Assembly (NCBI GenBank): GCA_010093745.1
Contig: MU005978.1
Location: 1 to 64,000 of the forward strand
Length of the DNA stretch: 64,000 nt
Reading direction: 5' to 3'
DNA from: Piedraia hortae CBS 480.64
Taxonomy: Eukaryota
The translations under genes and the position numbers were made by a program. Numbering within the stretch: the stretch's first letter is position 1; every line of letters starts with the position of its first letter. Shown one piece after another: positions 44,416 through 57,220 of this stretch. The notes under the pieces are model-generated. The model saw only the letters and a list, made by a program, of their open reading frames with translations. It was not told the DNA's origin and made no database searches.

Positions 44416-46042
44416 ATGTTCCGTTCCAGCCAGTGCCTCGAGCACCAGTCAGTACCATAATTTGGTTTATTTTCCATGACTGACGTTGTAAAGAAATACC
44501 GATCCACAGCCATTTTTCCATCAAGCCGAGTCAGTACATGGCTGGCTGCACAGTATTCCAGAGGAGACACCTGGGCTATGTCCAGCAAAAGACGACTCGA
44601 CTTCGAACCCCGAGGAAATCAAGTCGTCTTCACAAAATTGCGATATTTCCCCATTCAATCACTCAAGTTCCATACAAGAGAAGCCTAAAAGAAGGAGAAT
44701 ATCGCTAAGATGGCTCATCATTTCTACAACTCTTTTGCTCTTGACAGTTACTGGGCTTGCCATCGGATTAGGAATTGGAATATCACGACAGAATTAGTGA
44801 GTCTACGAGGCTGATCTTGCTCATGAGATTACTAAACTCTCATAGTGCATCCAAATTGTCCAGATCGTCCGGACAATCAACGACGGCTTCACCATCTTCA
44901 TCATCTTCACCGCCTACTCAATCGTCATCACCATCAGTCTCCAGCTCCTCTGCAGTCTCGACTCGCGTCACAGGGGCACTCGCTTGTAATGCCAAGCCCA
45001 AATCACCCGCTCTGCCCGGCGTCCTCAAAGGGTCGGGAATGGCATTCGCGGCCTCCCTCGAACGAATCAACTCCTCCAAACCTCAGACAATCGCCAACTT
45101 ATTCTACCAAGACCCTAATGGATCTCTTCGCAAACATAAACTCCTATCAAACAACACATGGATCGATTCTTCAATACCTGCCGTATTGCCCGCCATGTCA
45201 GGGACATCCATGTACGCCACAACGAGTCTCAGCAGCGATGGCACCACCTGGAACCTTTTCTGTAAGCTTTATCCTCCTAAACGCGAAGTCTCTCACGTAA
45301 TCCAGACATCGACACGGACGCGTATGCCGCCCAACTTAACCTCAAGGACGACACTATCGTCTTCAACCGACACCTAGAGAATAACAAACCCGGTGATGCC
45401 AGCAATGCGCGATTCACCTCTATGCTCGCATGTCCATTCTATTATTCCTCTACGAACAACACTAACGGTCCCATCGACCGCACCGGAACCCTAGTCTACT
45501 ATTCCACCAACACCACCTCCATCAACGAGTACATCTACAAAGACGGCTGGTGGAAGTATCTCAAAAATTGGCCCAATATCAACGCGCAGGCGGGCATGGG
45601 GTGCTTCACGCAAGCAAATTCCTCTATCGCACAGCTCTACATTTACAATCAGGTCCAAGAAGTGGAATTCTGGTGGAAGGACATGAGTCATGATGCAGAA
45701 TGGTGGCACAAGTGCGAGTTCACGATAAAATTGGATCCAGACGAAGTCTTTCTGGGGAACGATGAGAATTGGTTCTATACGAAAAACGATAACAACATGG
45801 TGGTGGCCAGAGATGTACAACAGGTTTATAATTGCAACAGCACTACTGCCGTCCAGGAGCCGGTGTTGGTGGGGAATAGGGCTGCCTTGAACATGACGGA
45901 TTTGACGGCAGGACAGGTGCAGGGAACAAATGGAGAAAGAGCAAGGTTTGTGTTTTATCAAGACACAAAGGGGAATGTTACCGGCTATGGTAGACCGCAA
46001 AATGGGAAGTGGGAGGGGGGGAAGGATGTCCTGTTTTGTTAG
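44416..46042 (+). CDS. Type II membrane protein with a Ser/Thr stalk and a fungal fucose-lectin-like beta-propeller; exons 44416-44447, 44494-44796, 44846-45261, 45306-46042
   Basis: Hand-spliced model: KPKRRRISLRWLIISTTLLLLTVTGLAIGLGIGI (TM), an S-rich stalk, and repeated LFYQD..G / LFYID / LVYY / FVFYQD..G strands with Trp residues and many NxT sequons. The first exon is the least certain. Confidence 0.6.
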
Positions 46043-46108
46043 TTTAGAATGTCAGGACCGCAGCGTGCCCGACGGAAACAACAAAGATATGACTGTCATC
46101 ACGATGTC

Positions 46109-47186
46109 CTATCTAGTCTTCGTCTTGTCCTCTTGCCAACTGCTCTTCCACTTGGGAATGAAGCGTCCAACACGTTTTTGGTATGTCGAGTATTCCGGAT
46201 ACTTACTAGACGTGATCCACTCGGTGAGTGGAGTGCTGCCAGCAAAGACGGCAAGGTATAGCGTGCAGCCGACGACGGCCCAGTTGTACACGGTGTCCGT
46301 CTTGAGGCATGCCCATTGGTACAACCCCAGCCAGATGGCTTGCTCTGCGGCAAAGTTTGGGTGCCGACTGTATTTCCACAGCCCCTTTGTGCAAAATCCG
46401 CGGTTCATCTCGGCGTGAGTGTACTTGTCAGATACTTTGGCTGTGGCATTATAGCTTTTCTTAGCTTGCTGGTAGTCCCATTGCTGGTTATCCGCAATGT
46501 ACTCAATAGAGAGCAGGGTGATAAGAGCACAAAAGACTATAGCGTCGGTGTAGCTTAGGTCTGGTTCCAGGCGCGAAACCAAAAGTAGCTGATAGGTCGG
46601 CGCGGTTATGAGGTTCAACAGAATCTAATAGCTGTCAGCCTGACCAACTTTACCTGTGTCAATAAAAACGCACACTCTGCAAGCTTGAAATGAAGACCAC
46701 ATTCAGCAAGAAGAAAGCTGGCTGTCCAAGATACTTCTTGACTAACGCCCAGCGATAGTCTTCGCTGCCAATCTGATAGCCTCCTTTTCTCCAGTAATTA
46801 AACGTCAGCCTGAGACTCCACAGCGCAGAAAATGCCAAGACCAGATCCAGACGCTCAGTTGAAATGCCTCTCATCCGAGCCCAAAGCGCGTAGTGAGCGT
46901 TGTAAAGAGTTGGCAACAAGCTCCATACCCTGTCTACCTCGCTGTAATTCTTGTTCAGCTCTGAGACAAACAGAAAGACAGGAGACAGTGCCAACGAGAA
47001 TGCGATTCCCGTCACTGCCGGGTTCGTGGAGACGTAAATCTCCTTGAAATCCGTTGCATGGGTCGCAACCTGATGCGGCAGCGTAAGCAACTGCGGCAGA
47101 TACGGTCTGACTGTCTTTTCGAACACGGCACAGTCTTCTACGCTTTCCACCAGCGGTATCGTTAAATCTGGCACAATCAACGGCAT
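46109..47186 (-). CDS. DUF1295 (steroid 5-alpha-reductase-like) membrane protein; exons 47186-46674, 46624-46109
   Basis: NYSEVDR.WSLLP, WSLRLTFNYWRKGGY..GSEDYRW, ADNQQW.YQ, GLWKYSRHPNF.AEQ.IW and TE.I...KYPEY..YQ..V..FIP. Confidence 0.88.
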
Positions 47187-47394
47187 CCTCTCTCTGCCCA
47201 ATGAGGGAGGCGTGATCTTCATGTGCCAGTGGCACGGTGCCACGCAACTAAGAGTCTGACGTCACGGTAAGTCGATGACGTCATACCCACGCTCCGCGGT
47301 AAACACTTACAAAGCAAAGTGTTCATTCAACAAACCACCCACCATTCAGCCCCTTCGACGAAGTTTCTGGACGGGTCTCCGCACCGCAAGCACC

Positions 47395-47800
47395 ATGTCT
47401 CCCGCATCAAAGGACAAAATTCAACAGATCATTGACAATCACGGCGTTGGTGCGTATGATGTCCGTTTCTGCAAAGCCCTCGCTTACAGATCTAGTCGTG
47501 TTCTCAAAGTCATACTGTCCATACTGTCAGGCAACCAAGGCCCTACTGCAAGAGTCGGGCGCGAATGCTCACGTTATCGAGCTTGACGAGATTGGTATTC
47601 CACAAATCCCCTTTTTATCATCCACCAGGCTGATAACTAGTGCAGACGATGGATCAGAAATGCAAAACAATCTTCAAGAAATGACGGGCCAGCGCACGGT
47701 GCCAAATATCTTCATCGGGCGCAAGCATATCGGTGGGAACTCGGACCTGCAGGCGCGCAAGAACGAGTTGCCGCAGCTGTTAAAGAGTATCAAGTCTTAA
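47395..47800 (+). CDS. Dithiol glutaredoxin (Grx1/Grx2 type); exons 47395-47449, 47496-47594, 47646-47800
   Basis: VVVFSKSYCPYC, IELDE.DDG..Q..L...TGQRTVPNIFI..KHIGGNSDL. Confidence 0.92.
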
Positions 47801-47888
47801 GCTGCTACACTTTGGTGGCATCTGTAGTGTACTCCATCATGACATGTCTGCTTCAGTCTTTCGGTGTCGCTCCTTGCATATCTACAGT

Positions 47889-48526
47889 TTAATTCCCCAA
47901 TTCCCCCTTTTTACCCATCTCTCTCAAAGAGACGATACTCTCATGCACAGCCATTTTAGCGAGATTCTTGTACTCCTTTTCCTTTTCCGCGTAGTTTACA
48001 GCTTCGTCGTGGCGGAATTCGAACGAGTACGTCATGTATAGATCCGTTTCGTCTAGAGCAGAACCAGAGGACAGAGTATTCGTTATCACTGCGCCCGAAG
48101 ATTGGTGGAAGTCGACCTAATGATGTGTTAAAGGCACGGCCAGGACTGGCATGGACAACGTATGAGCGGGGGATGGTCTTGGTAGTGTGTGTGAGAAACT
48201 AAACGGCTGGGAAGTTGGAAAACAACTTTGGTTTTCTTCAACCCCAACATCAAAGGGACGAGACTCACCCTAGATGGCCAATAGCTCTTACACACTTCCC
48301 TCACCTTCTCATCTTTTCCCTTGAACACCACATCTCTTACAACCGTCGGGACATCCTTCTCGTCTTTCTTCTCCTCAAGCACCTCGCAGGCAATGATCAC
48401 CGGCACGAAATCCTGCGCCCGCCTTATCTTGCGCTGCAATCCCGCCCAGACTTGCGAGCGAGTCAAAACGGGTTGAGTTCCGGACGGGTTGATTGGTTCC
48501 GTGTAGGCGCAATAGATTGTGGTCAT
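47889..48526 (-). CDS. DUF1857/AtaL-like SRPBCC-fold protein; exons 48526-48269, 48116-47889
   Basis: AYT.PINP....PVLT..QVW.GLQRKIR.A.DFVP.I, VDF....G..ITN..S and MA..S....RE....G. The 152-nt intron is GT-AG. Confidence 0.8.
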
Positions 48527-49236
48527 GTTTTCGTTGTTCGGGACGAGAGCCTGGGGTCCAGAGAATGAGGGACAATCGGGGGCGCGCTGCCTACGTCATG
48601 CAGAGCGGCTCGACCCGCCACGTTCCGACCTTAGCGGCCTCCTTTCCTGCATGCTTATCAAGCGAAACATACTATGTTTCCACATCCTTTTCAATATCTG
48701 ACATTTCCTCAATCCACCGAACTGATTCTCCAAGGACCGACTTCGCCTTAGCCCATTGGCCCATCTCATAGTATAGCTCCCTCAGGTTACTCATCAGGCG
48801 CAACAAAGTTAGATCTACATAAAGGATGGTCCCTTTCCAGGCATATCACCAGTACCATTACTGCGACAGAAGCAGCTTCCTCTATCATACCCATGGCCTT
48901 TGAAAACTTTCACAAGGCGTAGGAGATTTCCATCCGCTGACACATTGTCTATGCAGCCGGACTTGTTATGGCGAGGCTGTGAGTGTGTGCGCGGGACGAC
49001 CCGCGCCGCCTAAGCGCACAGTGAATTTGATACACCAAGGCGCCCTGCTAGTTATTCATAGCTACGCTTGCTACCACGCGCGTATGGACGGCGCTTCTGG
49101 ATTGGTTTATAGTATCCTAGTTTCCCAGTAGATAGCAGTTCGGATTGTCCTCGTGTTGGGACTTATTGACCCTTTCCCTCTGAGCACCGTAATAGGACTT
49201 ACCTCTTCCATCCGCAGCCCTCTCATACAAATTGAC

Positions 49237-49379
49237 TGTTGTGCGGGTCGCCCCGGAGCGATCCGCAGGTGATGACCCACATCCCTGACCAGGGTTCGGG
49301 TACTCGGAAATTTTCTTGTGTAGCTCTAGATACGCGTATATACGGACACACCTGCGAGGTGCCGCTGCTTATTAGAACA
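49237..49379 (-). mobile_element. Short solo LTR, family C copy 2 (143 bp), no TSD
   Basis: The reverse complement matches 33748-33890 with about 10 substitutions counted by eye. The flanks CATGG and GTCAA (minus strand) do not match each other. Confidence 0.88.
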
Positions 49380-50160
49380 CCATGGACGCGTAAACGATGG
49401 GAGACTCGATCTTGTCGTGGGTCATGCTTTGGGGTATTTTGCGCAGCATGACGGCTGTGTGCGTTTCCGTACCATTGGTGCTGGCCTCGGTGCTGGCATC
49501 GTTGGTAGGAGTGCATGAAGGCGGAAAAGTGGTCGGAAATGGGAACGGAAACGTGGGCACGGGAGCTGGTCCGTCCTGCGACAGAGGCTACAAGTCTAAT
49601 CTCCGGGAGGACGCAGTGAACTCGTCCGCGGATCCCCATGAGGGCTTGCTATCCCTGGCACCAGAGTGTACCAGTAGGCTGTCCATATCTGTCGAGGGGT
49701 TACTCATGTCCATGACGCGAATGAAGACGTCCTGACCTTAGACCATCCAATCCTTCCAGCTGGTGGCTGCCCTGTCGACTGACGAGATGTCGTAAAACTC
49801 CGCGAACAAGGAGCTGGATCGGCCCTTCGTGGCAATAGCCTGGAACCGAAAGACCTCACCGAAGCGTTGCAGGAAAGAAAGGACAACCCCACAGAGGTTA
49901 TCCGGCAGCCCGATAGAGTAGTCAGCGTCCATGACACCGAGAGTGGGACCCAGACTGACCCCACCGCCATTAGTCTTAGTGCCTTCGCCGGCTCTCGACG
50001 GAACGGCATCATACCCACTTGAATGAGGGTATGGAATAGGTGCTTCGTCTGCACACCTTATATATACTGGATGACTCGAGGACACTCGATATAGTGTCTT
50101 GACTTCGCGAGGACTTATGATACGTATGTTGGCCTCTCCCTTGAGACAAGACGCTCGCAC
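49380..50160 (-). pseudogene. Mei2-like RRM protein pseudogene, truncated at LTR-C
   Basis: One reading frame carries an RRM-like FLQRFGEV..F....LFAEFYDI.SVDRAA and then GTETHTAVMLRKIPQSM, resembling Mei2 RRM3 G.D.RTT.MLRNIPNK. In-frame stops are TAA 49740-49738 and TAG 49590-49588. The 5' boundary is unresolved. Confidence 0.6.
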
Positions 50161-52786
50161 TCACGGGGGATTGCCCATTAAGCTTGAATTCGCTCCACCC
50201 GCGCAATGGCGCTGGATTTTTGCTGTACCAAGCCTCCGAAGGAGAAAGGACATTAGCCTTCCCAGGGTTTTACCTCTTGGAGGATGTTCTACCATAGCGC
50301 TAGGCAGTGTTGTGGCATGGCATGGGCAAGCGCAGTTGGTCCGGGATAAGTCGAAAAGACGGGAGTGTATCCACCCCTATATATAGTCCGGTCCTTCGTC
50401 CAATGGTGGTGTTGTTTTCTTCCCTCCGGGCCAAATGGTTGGCATCGACTCATTAAGTTGCCAAGCACACAGTCGATCTCGCAACTGTCGGTTTCTTGTC
50501 GCAGTGTGTGATGTTCTCGTGGTCAAGCTGTGCCAAGTATAGGTGAGCCCTGGATCCGGAGATTCGTTTTCAGAGGGCTGCACTCCTAACGGAATCTCAA
50601 GAGCTTATTCGACTCATGTTCATCGGCGATGTCCTCCGAAAGTCTTCGGCGAGCACGCCCTTCGCGTATGCTGGACGGCCGATTACCGAGTCCTTGAGCG
50701 CTGAATTGCGGCGTTGTATGTGATCAGCATCCGGGCGATGGTGAAGAGTGTGGTGTTTAAGTCGAATCTCTTCGTGTGTTGGAACAGGAGGTCCCACCAA
50801 CAACAAGGTAACACGTGCGTACACGGGCCGTGCTTGGCGACTTGCAATGGCTTGTTTTGTCGGGACACAATGAATTTTCTCGGTCATTACAGGAATGGTG
50901 CACGGCCAACGTAGTTGTTGAAAGGTCAGTGCGTTGGTTAATGGAAGGTTGGAATTTCCCCACAGAAGGATACCTGATAGGGTATGGCGACGTCGCTTTC
51001 AAAGTCTGGTCCGTGCACGCACAAATGCCACGCGTGTCGGTACTTTTTACGTCATGTGAACGCCGAAAGTGCCCCATTTAGACTTACGAACAGCACTTCT
51101 GCCCTTTTGCGGTTCGTTTCTGTTTCTTCTTTCCTGAACACATCGCAACAGTCCGCACGGCATTGTCCGTGGCCGAATCCTCGATGATGCGGCGAGTCAG
51201 CCTGGGTAAATGTTGTGCACATGCCAGCATGAAGGAGTCCCCGAACACAAATCAGGATCCCGCCCGGAGATTGGCTTTCGATGGGCAGACGATGCTACTC
51301 CTGGCAAGAATGTCCTGACAGAATTTGGTTCCGGAAAGGGACTTCGAGTGACCTGTAATCTGCAAGCACACTGAACGCCAACGCCGTCGGGGCCCGTTCT
51401 GGTCCGTCAAATCGGAGCCTCACCTTCAACAAAGATGAGGTGGTCACGCAGTACTTTTTTTCACACGCCATTGGGGGATGGCAACGGTAAGTTTTCAACA
51501 GTGCGCCCATTGCCCAGTCGCCAATGCTAACTTGGATCTAGAAACCTGCCACCATCACCCGAGTCTGCATTATATCCCCAATGACCGGGCCTCGCTCAAC
51601 GTCGCGGGCCTTCTGTGCTCCAAGGACAAGAGCGTAGCCAATCGCCGTGCCCATTACACGTACACCCAGGCCCGCTCGTACGAGGGCTGTACGGGGGCAA
51701 GTTGGAACGCTGCCGCTGCGAGCTCTGTCATGGCGGCGCCAAGAAACGGAGGGCATCTGGACCCACCGAGGGCCAGTCCGTTCTGTGCTTGCTGTTTCCA
51801 GTTCCGCCACACGTTCGGGCCCGCCTGCTGTTGTGCATACACCGCAAGCGTAGATTTCCTGATCCGGGAGAAGCGGAATGGATATCGGAGTGGTATTGGA
51901 TTCTCCTTCTAGAATGCACTGCACGCCAGCATTCCATTTCTCAGATCAGCGCACGACCTTTTGCTGTAGTACCTCCAGTGCCCCCCCCCCCCAAGTAAGT
52001 ATCAGTACCGCATCTCGGCCAGACGAATGCTAATGATCGCCAGGCGATGCCCTCTCGTCGTTCGAAGGCTGTTCTCGTGATGAAGCAATTGATCTCCTGG
52101 ACGATTCGGTGGCGGAAGCAAGGGGGAGTTCCGGCACAGACTCCAGGGCCTGTTTGGGAATCTCGACCGGCTGAGGCTTTGGCAAAGCAGGTTACCCAGG
52201 CGAATATTGCGCGGTCTTTGGACGAAATCTGAGTCATCCACAAGATATGTTTGCGGCATTGGCATTGCATCTTTTGAGAGGCTTTGCCAGGTTTGACTCA
52301 GGCATTTCTCGCCGCCTTTCAGGGCGTGCCAACACGCTCCAAGCGGCTGGTTCAGTTATGGAGTGTGATCCTGGGGGTGAACGAACTTGCAGGATAGTCA
52401 AAACAGTTCGCACGACGTTTCGAATCCACAGGTGCCAACGACCGCGGATCACCGGTCTGTTTGTTGTGAGCTGGCCACAGATGGTCTGTGGGAGACGGCC
52501 CCATCAAAGCAGGCCTTGGAAATTGGCAATTGAGGGTCATAAAGACAAAGCTTGGCAAATTTGTCAGGCAGCAAAGGAGCGAAATTTGTCCATTCGGCTA
52601 CCATCATGCACATGTTGCCGTGACAGGCGGCGAAAGAATTCACCTCTTGATTGGTATCCCACAAGCATTTCCCTTGTTAGCATTATCTCGCGCAATGATT
52701 GGCCCTGATCTCATGTTCCCTTATATACCACGCTTCTTTCCTCGCCCGATGTCACCTCTCTCCTTCGGACACCTGTACAAGCCAGA

Positions 52787-54998
52787 ATGTCCACCAACTC
52801 TGCAGTTAACACCTCATCTTTGAGCGGTCTTCAGAATGAAGATTCACGACGGATCATGGATATGGTGGATAAGCTACGCCGCGGAGGCTTGGGGGGCATC
52901 ATTGGTCTTCCGCAGCTGGTGGTATCCGGTGATCAGTCGTCCGGTAAGAGCTCTGTTCTTGAGGCTATCACCGAGATTCCCTTCCCACGGAAGGAGAACC
53001 TTTGCACCAGGTTCGCAACAGAGATCATTCTCCGTCGGGCACCTGTTGCGTCCATCTCAACCTGCATTATCCCCGACAAAGTCCGCCCAGACGACGAAAA
53101 GAAACGTCTAGAGGGATTTAACAGCAAGATCGAAGACTTTTCACAACTCCCCGACTTGATGGACGAGGCAACGGTGCTCATGGGGCTTGGGGATAACGAT
53201 GGCATAATGCGTGCTTTTTCCAGGGATGTATTGCGAATCGAAATTGCCGGACCGGGCAGACCTCATCTTACCTTGGTGGATCTCCCTGGCCTCATTCATT
53301 CGGAGAACAAGATGCAATCCAAGGAGGACGTGGATTTGATCAGAGGCTTAGTCGACGATTACATCAAGGAGCAGCGTACCATCATCATGGCCGTTGTATC
53401 AGCGAAAAACGATTACGCAAACCAGATCATCCTTCAAAAGTGTCGCGAAGTTGACCCCAAAGGCCGGCGCACAATTGGTATCATTACTAAACCAGACTTT
53501 CTCGAAGCCGGATCAGAGAACGAACTTTCCTGGATCGAGCTTGCAAGCAACAAGGACATTTTCTTCGAGCTCGGCTGGCACATGTTGAAGAACAGATCGG
53601 ACAAGGAGGCTTCGAAGACCTTTGACGAACGTAATGCTGCCGAGATGGCGTTTTTCTCGCAAGGGAGGTATCGCGATCTTCCCCGAGAAACGGTCGGGAT
53701 CGACTCACTCCGCACTCGTCTTAGCCGCTTGCTCTACAAGCATCTAAAAACAGAGCTGCCGGCCTTGCAAAAAGAACTCAATGAAAAGCACCATGACGTC
53801 TGTCGAGAGCTCAGGCGCCTGGGCGAGAAACGATCTCGAGCCTCAGAGCAGCGCCGCTTCCTCATCGGAGCCAGCACCAAGTATCAAGATATCGTCAAGG
53901 CGGCAGTAGATGGAAACTATGACCATGGCTTTTTTGGTTCCATGGACCCCGACCTAGACATGTACGATGGTGGAAATGGGCTGCGTCTTCGCGCGGTTGT
54001 GCAATATCTCAATCTGCAGTTTGCCACTGCCATGCGTCGATTCGGCCACCGCTTCAAGATTCCCGACTCAGAAGTGGAAAAAAAGGCCTCAGCCGGCCCA
54101 ATCCTAGACGAGGGGTACGAACATTTTGCCGAAAACCAAGTAACCACCAGCCGTGATGAGTCCATTGATCGCGTACGCAAGATTCTGGTGCGCTCTCGCG
54201 GCCGCGAGCTACCGGGAACGTTCAACCCTTACCTTATTGGGCAGCTTTTTTGGGAGCAGACAGCTAACTGGCGGGAAATTGCTGAATACCACATTGGTCA
54301 GGTAGCAAGGATTTGCTCGTTGTTTGCTGGTGCAAGCATTGGCTATTCGGTGTCCGCTGATGTAGCGGAACGTCTCAAGTCGATGAAACTCTCACCGGCT
54401 CTTGACGGACGCTTGACATCCGCTAAGAAAGAACTCAGCCGAATTTTGAAGGACTGCAAGGAGCATCCAACAACCTACGACCCTGCCTACATGGCCTTAG
54501 TCGAACGCACGAGACACGACAAATATCGGGCCAAGCTTGACACCATTATCGATAGGTCGGAAGTCTTTGTAAATCAGAAACACGGCGGTTCTTATTACGT
54601 TAACCCCGGTACACTCAAAGCATCTCTGAATTCTGATCTCGCGCACGACATTGACAAAACCTCGGCCGAAGCAGCCCTAGATGCCCTGGACGCGTACTAC
54701 GAGGTGAGCCCCCTCCTTATGTCTTCCCAGAGCCACCGACTAACGCCTGATACAGGAAGAAGTCAAATACTTCATCAACGCAGTCACAAAACAGGTCATC
54801 GAGCGCTGTCTGCTGCGCAACCTAGCACAACAAACGCTTTCGCCCGAAATCATTGGCGACATGTCAGACGAAGAACTGGCGCTCATAGCTGCAGAGCCAG
54901 AGGAGACAACCCGCATGCGCGAAAATCTTGAAGTTCGCAAAGCTACCCTCGAACGAGGCCAGGATACGTTTCGCACGGCATTGGGTTGGATCAGGTAG
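52787..54998 (+). CDS. Mx-like dynamin-family GTPase; exons 52787-54703, 54756-54998
   Basis: G1 LPQLVVSGDQSSGKSSVLE, G2 LCTRFATE, G3 LVDLPG and G4 TKPD, plus RGRELPG.FN. A GED-like last exon reads FINAV..QVIER.L...IAAEP....R..L. Confidence 0.92.
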
Positions 54999-57220
54999 GT
55001 GTTAGGTACATAGTACACCGATGGCGAATGACTGCAGGCGCAGATTATGGGGAACTCGGACCTCAATTCGACCCAATCTTTTCTTTCATATGGTGCAAGT
55101 AGTGACCGTTGATGCCAAAATAATGCGTTCCCCGAACTTGTTTTGACTTGTCCACACTTCGATGCACGATTCCCCTCTGCTTAGCGCGAAGGAACGTCTT
55201 CCTGTTGTCAACGTTTCTCGCGGTGGATACCGTTTTAGCCATGAACGCTTAGACCGTAAGATGGCAAATCCCTACGCACGGGACCAGTATATAGCGGACC
55301 CTTGATACCGCGAAATCCACTTCTCGGCCAAATGCCAGCTTCCCCAATTGGCCTCCACACACCATCGGATGAAGCGAATTGCCTGATAAAGCGGACAAGA
55401 TCTTGCGCCACATCCATCTCCTATACGAAACCTCGACTGCAAGTCCTCGCTCAAACTCTTCCCATCCGTCCAGATGACGCAGCTGCGGCGCACTTGACGA
55501 CTCCCTGACCACACCGATATAGAGTTATAGTTAGAAACCCTAATGCCACGTTCTGACATATTTTTTCCGAAACGTGTTCTTGTACCTCAAATTTTCGCAT
55601 TGGCTCGTACTTCCACTAGCGTCCGCGGGGTGGTAGGCCAATAGGCTTGGATTGACACCCCGCACTCACTGTACTGGGCGATCCTGATGCCCCATCATGA
55701 CTTTACACCAGCTGAAAATTTGCTTGCACCTTGAACTATTCTTCCATTTTTAACTTTCGTTAGCGACCGCAAATCGTCAACCAATCAAATTGAAGTGACT
55801 AACATACCCCGTGGTCACCTGATGGGTGGGGCACAGTACCCCGAGAAATTGGTAACATGTTTAGGGTTTTTGACACATCAAAACCATGACTACCGTCACA
55901 TTGCACCGATACGTTCAAGAGTAGTATCGTTCGATTTCAAATCGCTACCCAACGCATGTTGTTTTGAGGCAGGATGATGTAAAATTGAAAAGGTCTTGAT
56001 GCGACTTTGTTTGACTAATCTAATACAGAGGAAGAGCAACTCAGATCTTACTGTTCAACCCCACTGTGGGGCTCCTTGATTTATTTGCAATGTGGCCAGA
56101 AAACAGATCCTCATGGGCTTCGCCTACCTCGCGCCATGATTGTGGCCAGAATCCCACATAGGAAAGGCCAACCACCCTCGCCAGGAGACCCAAAATTGAG
56201 CCACACACGCTGGAGTATCGCTTGGCAGTATGGGGTGCCGGTGTCAAGAGGTCAAGTTTTACGAGCCGTTATCACATCGTGCATTTGCTTCACGCATACA
56301 CGTGGGCGGTCTACCCCAACTTCCGCTTGACAGACCAGGAAATTCATTTGCTCCCGGTGCACAACTGCTTCCAGGTGGCAGAAAAGAGATCGAGTTATCT
56401 GAAGTCCTGCAAGGTTCTTCCTAGAGAAGAAAATCTTCGATATCATGAAACTTGAATGTGGTGATGGCACCTTTCATGGCAACGACCCGGAGCCATCTTT
56501 ACGCCAACTTTGGACAGCCTTGCTAAAACATCGACAAAGTCGTTACGGACCGCTTTCGTATACCTGGTTTGCAACTACCCAGTAGTTTCTGGTGCCACTG
56601 GGCAAAGCCAACGAGTGCATCCTCCACTCATTGCCCCATACCTTTGAGGCGGGAAGATCTTTGCTCATAATGACTACATCTCGCCCACGGATCTACTAGC
56701 CTGCGCCAGTTACATTCTTGGCTCAATTTCTCAGTGTACATAGATGAGTTCGGCAAAATCCAAGATGTCGCTATTAACCGTGAGAACATCTCCCTCCTCT
56801 TGTATACATTGCCTTTTGACGATAGCGCCCCTCCATAAAGCTCCGCTTTGACATCTCTCTCCTCCTCTACTCGCAGGCCGATGGTAGCTAGCGCAGCCAA
56901 GGCCGAACAATCAGAGAAAGTTGTATGTACCAGCCCCCGGATGCGAGTCATTCACAAGCTCCTTTACCCATTACTCCATCAAGAAATTATTCGAGGGTGA
57001 TCGTTCTCGTAAAACATTGTGGTTTGGGCCAGTGAAGGATAACTCGGAACTTGGTTTACCAGCCTGGTATGAAGTTCGGTGTCGGAGGGACTAATAGTTA
57101 AAGGGGACTAACTGATAGTGTGAGTACTCTAAGACATGAATAATAGTATTGTTGTATGTGCTGCATGCATGAAAGGGCGTTGTACATGGTCATCACGTGA
57201 CACATCCTTCAACTCTAATC

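Noticed and set aside
33748..49379. Inverted LTR-C pair as the ends of one 15.6-kb element or an inversion
   Set aside because: Copy 1 has its own intact TSD, LTRs of a single element are direct rather than inverted repeats, and the interval holds ordinary housekeeping genes.
55000..57200. Fragmentary ORFs downstream of the dynamin
   Set aside because: They may be decayed genes, but I recognise no domain or transposase motif. BLASTx would be needed.
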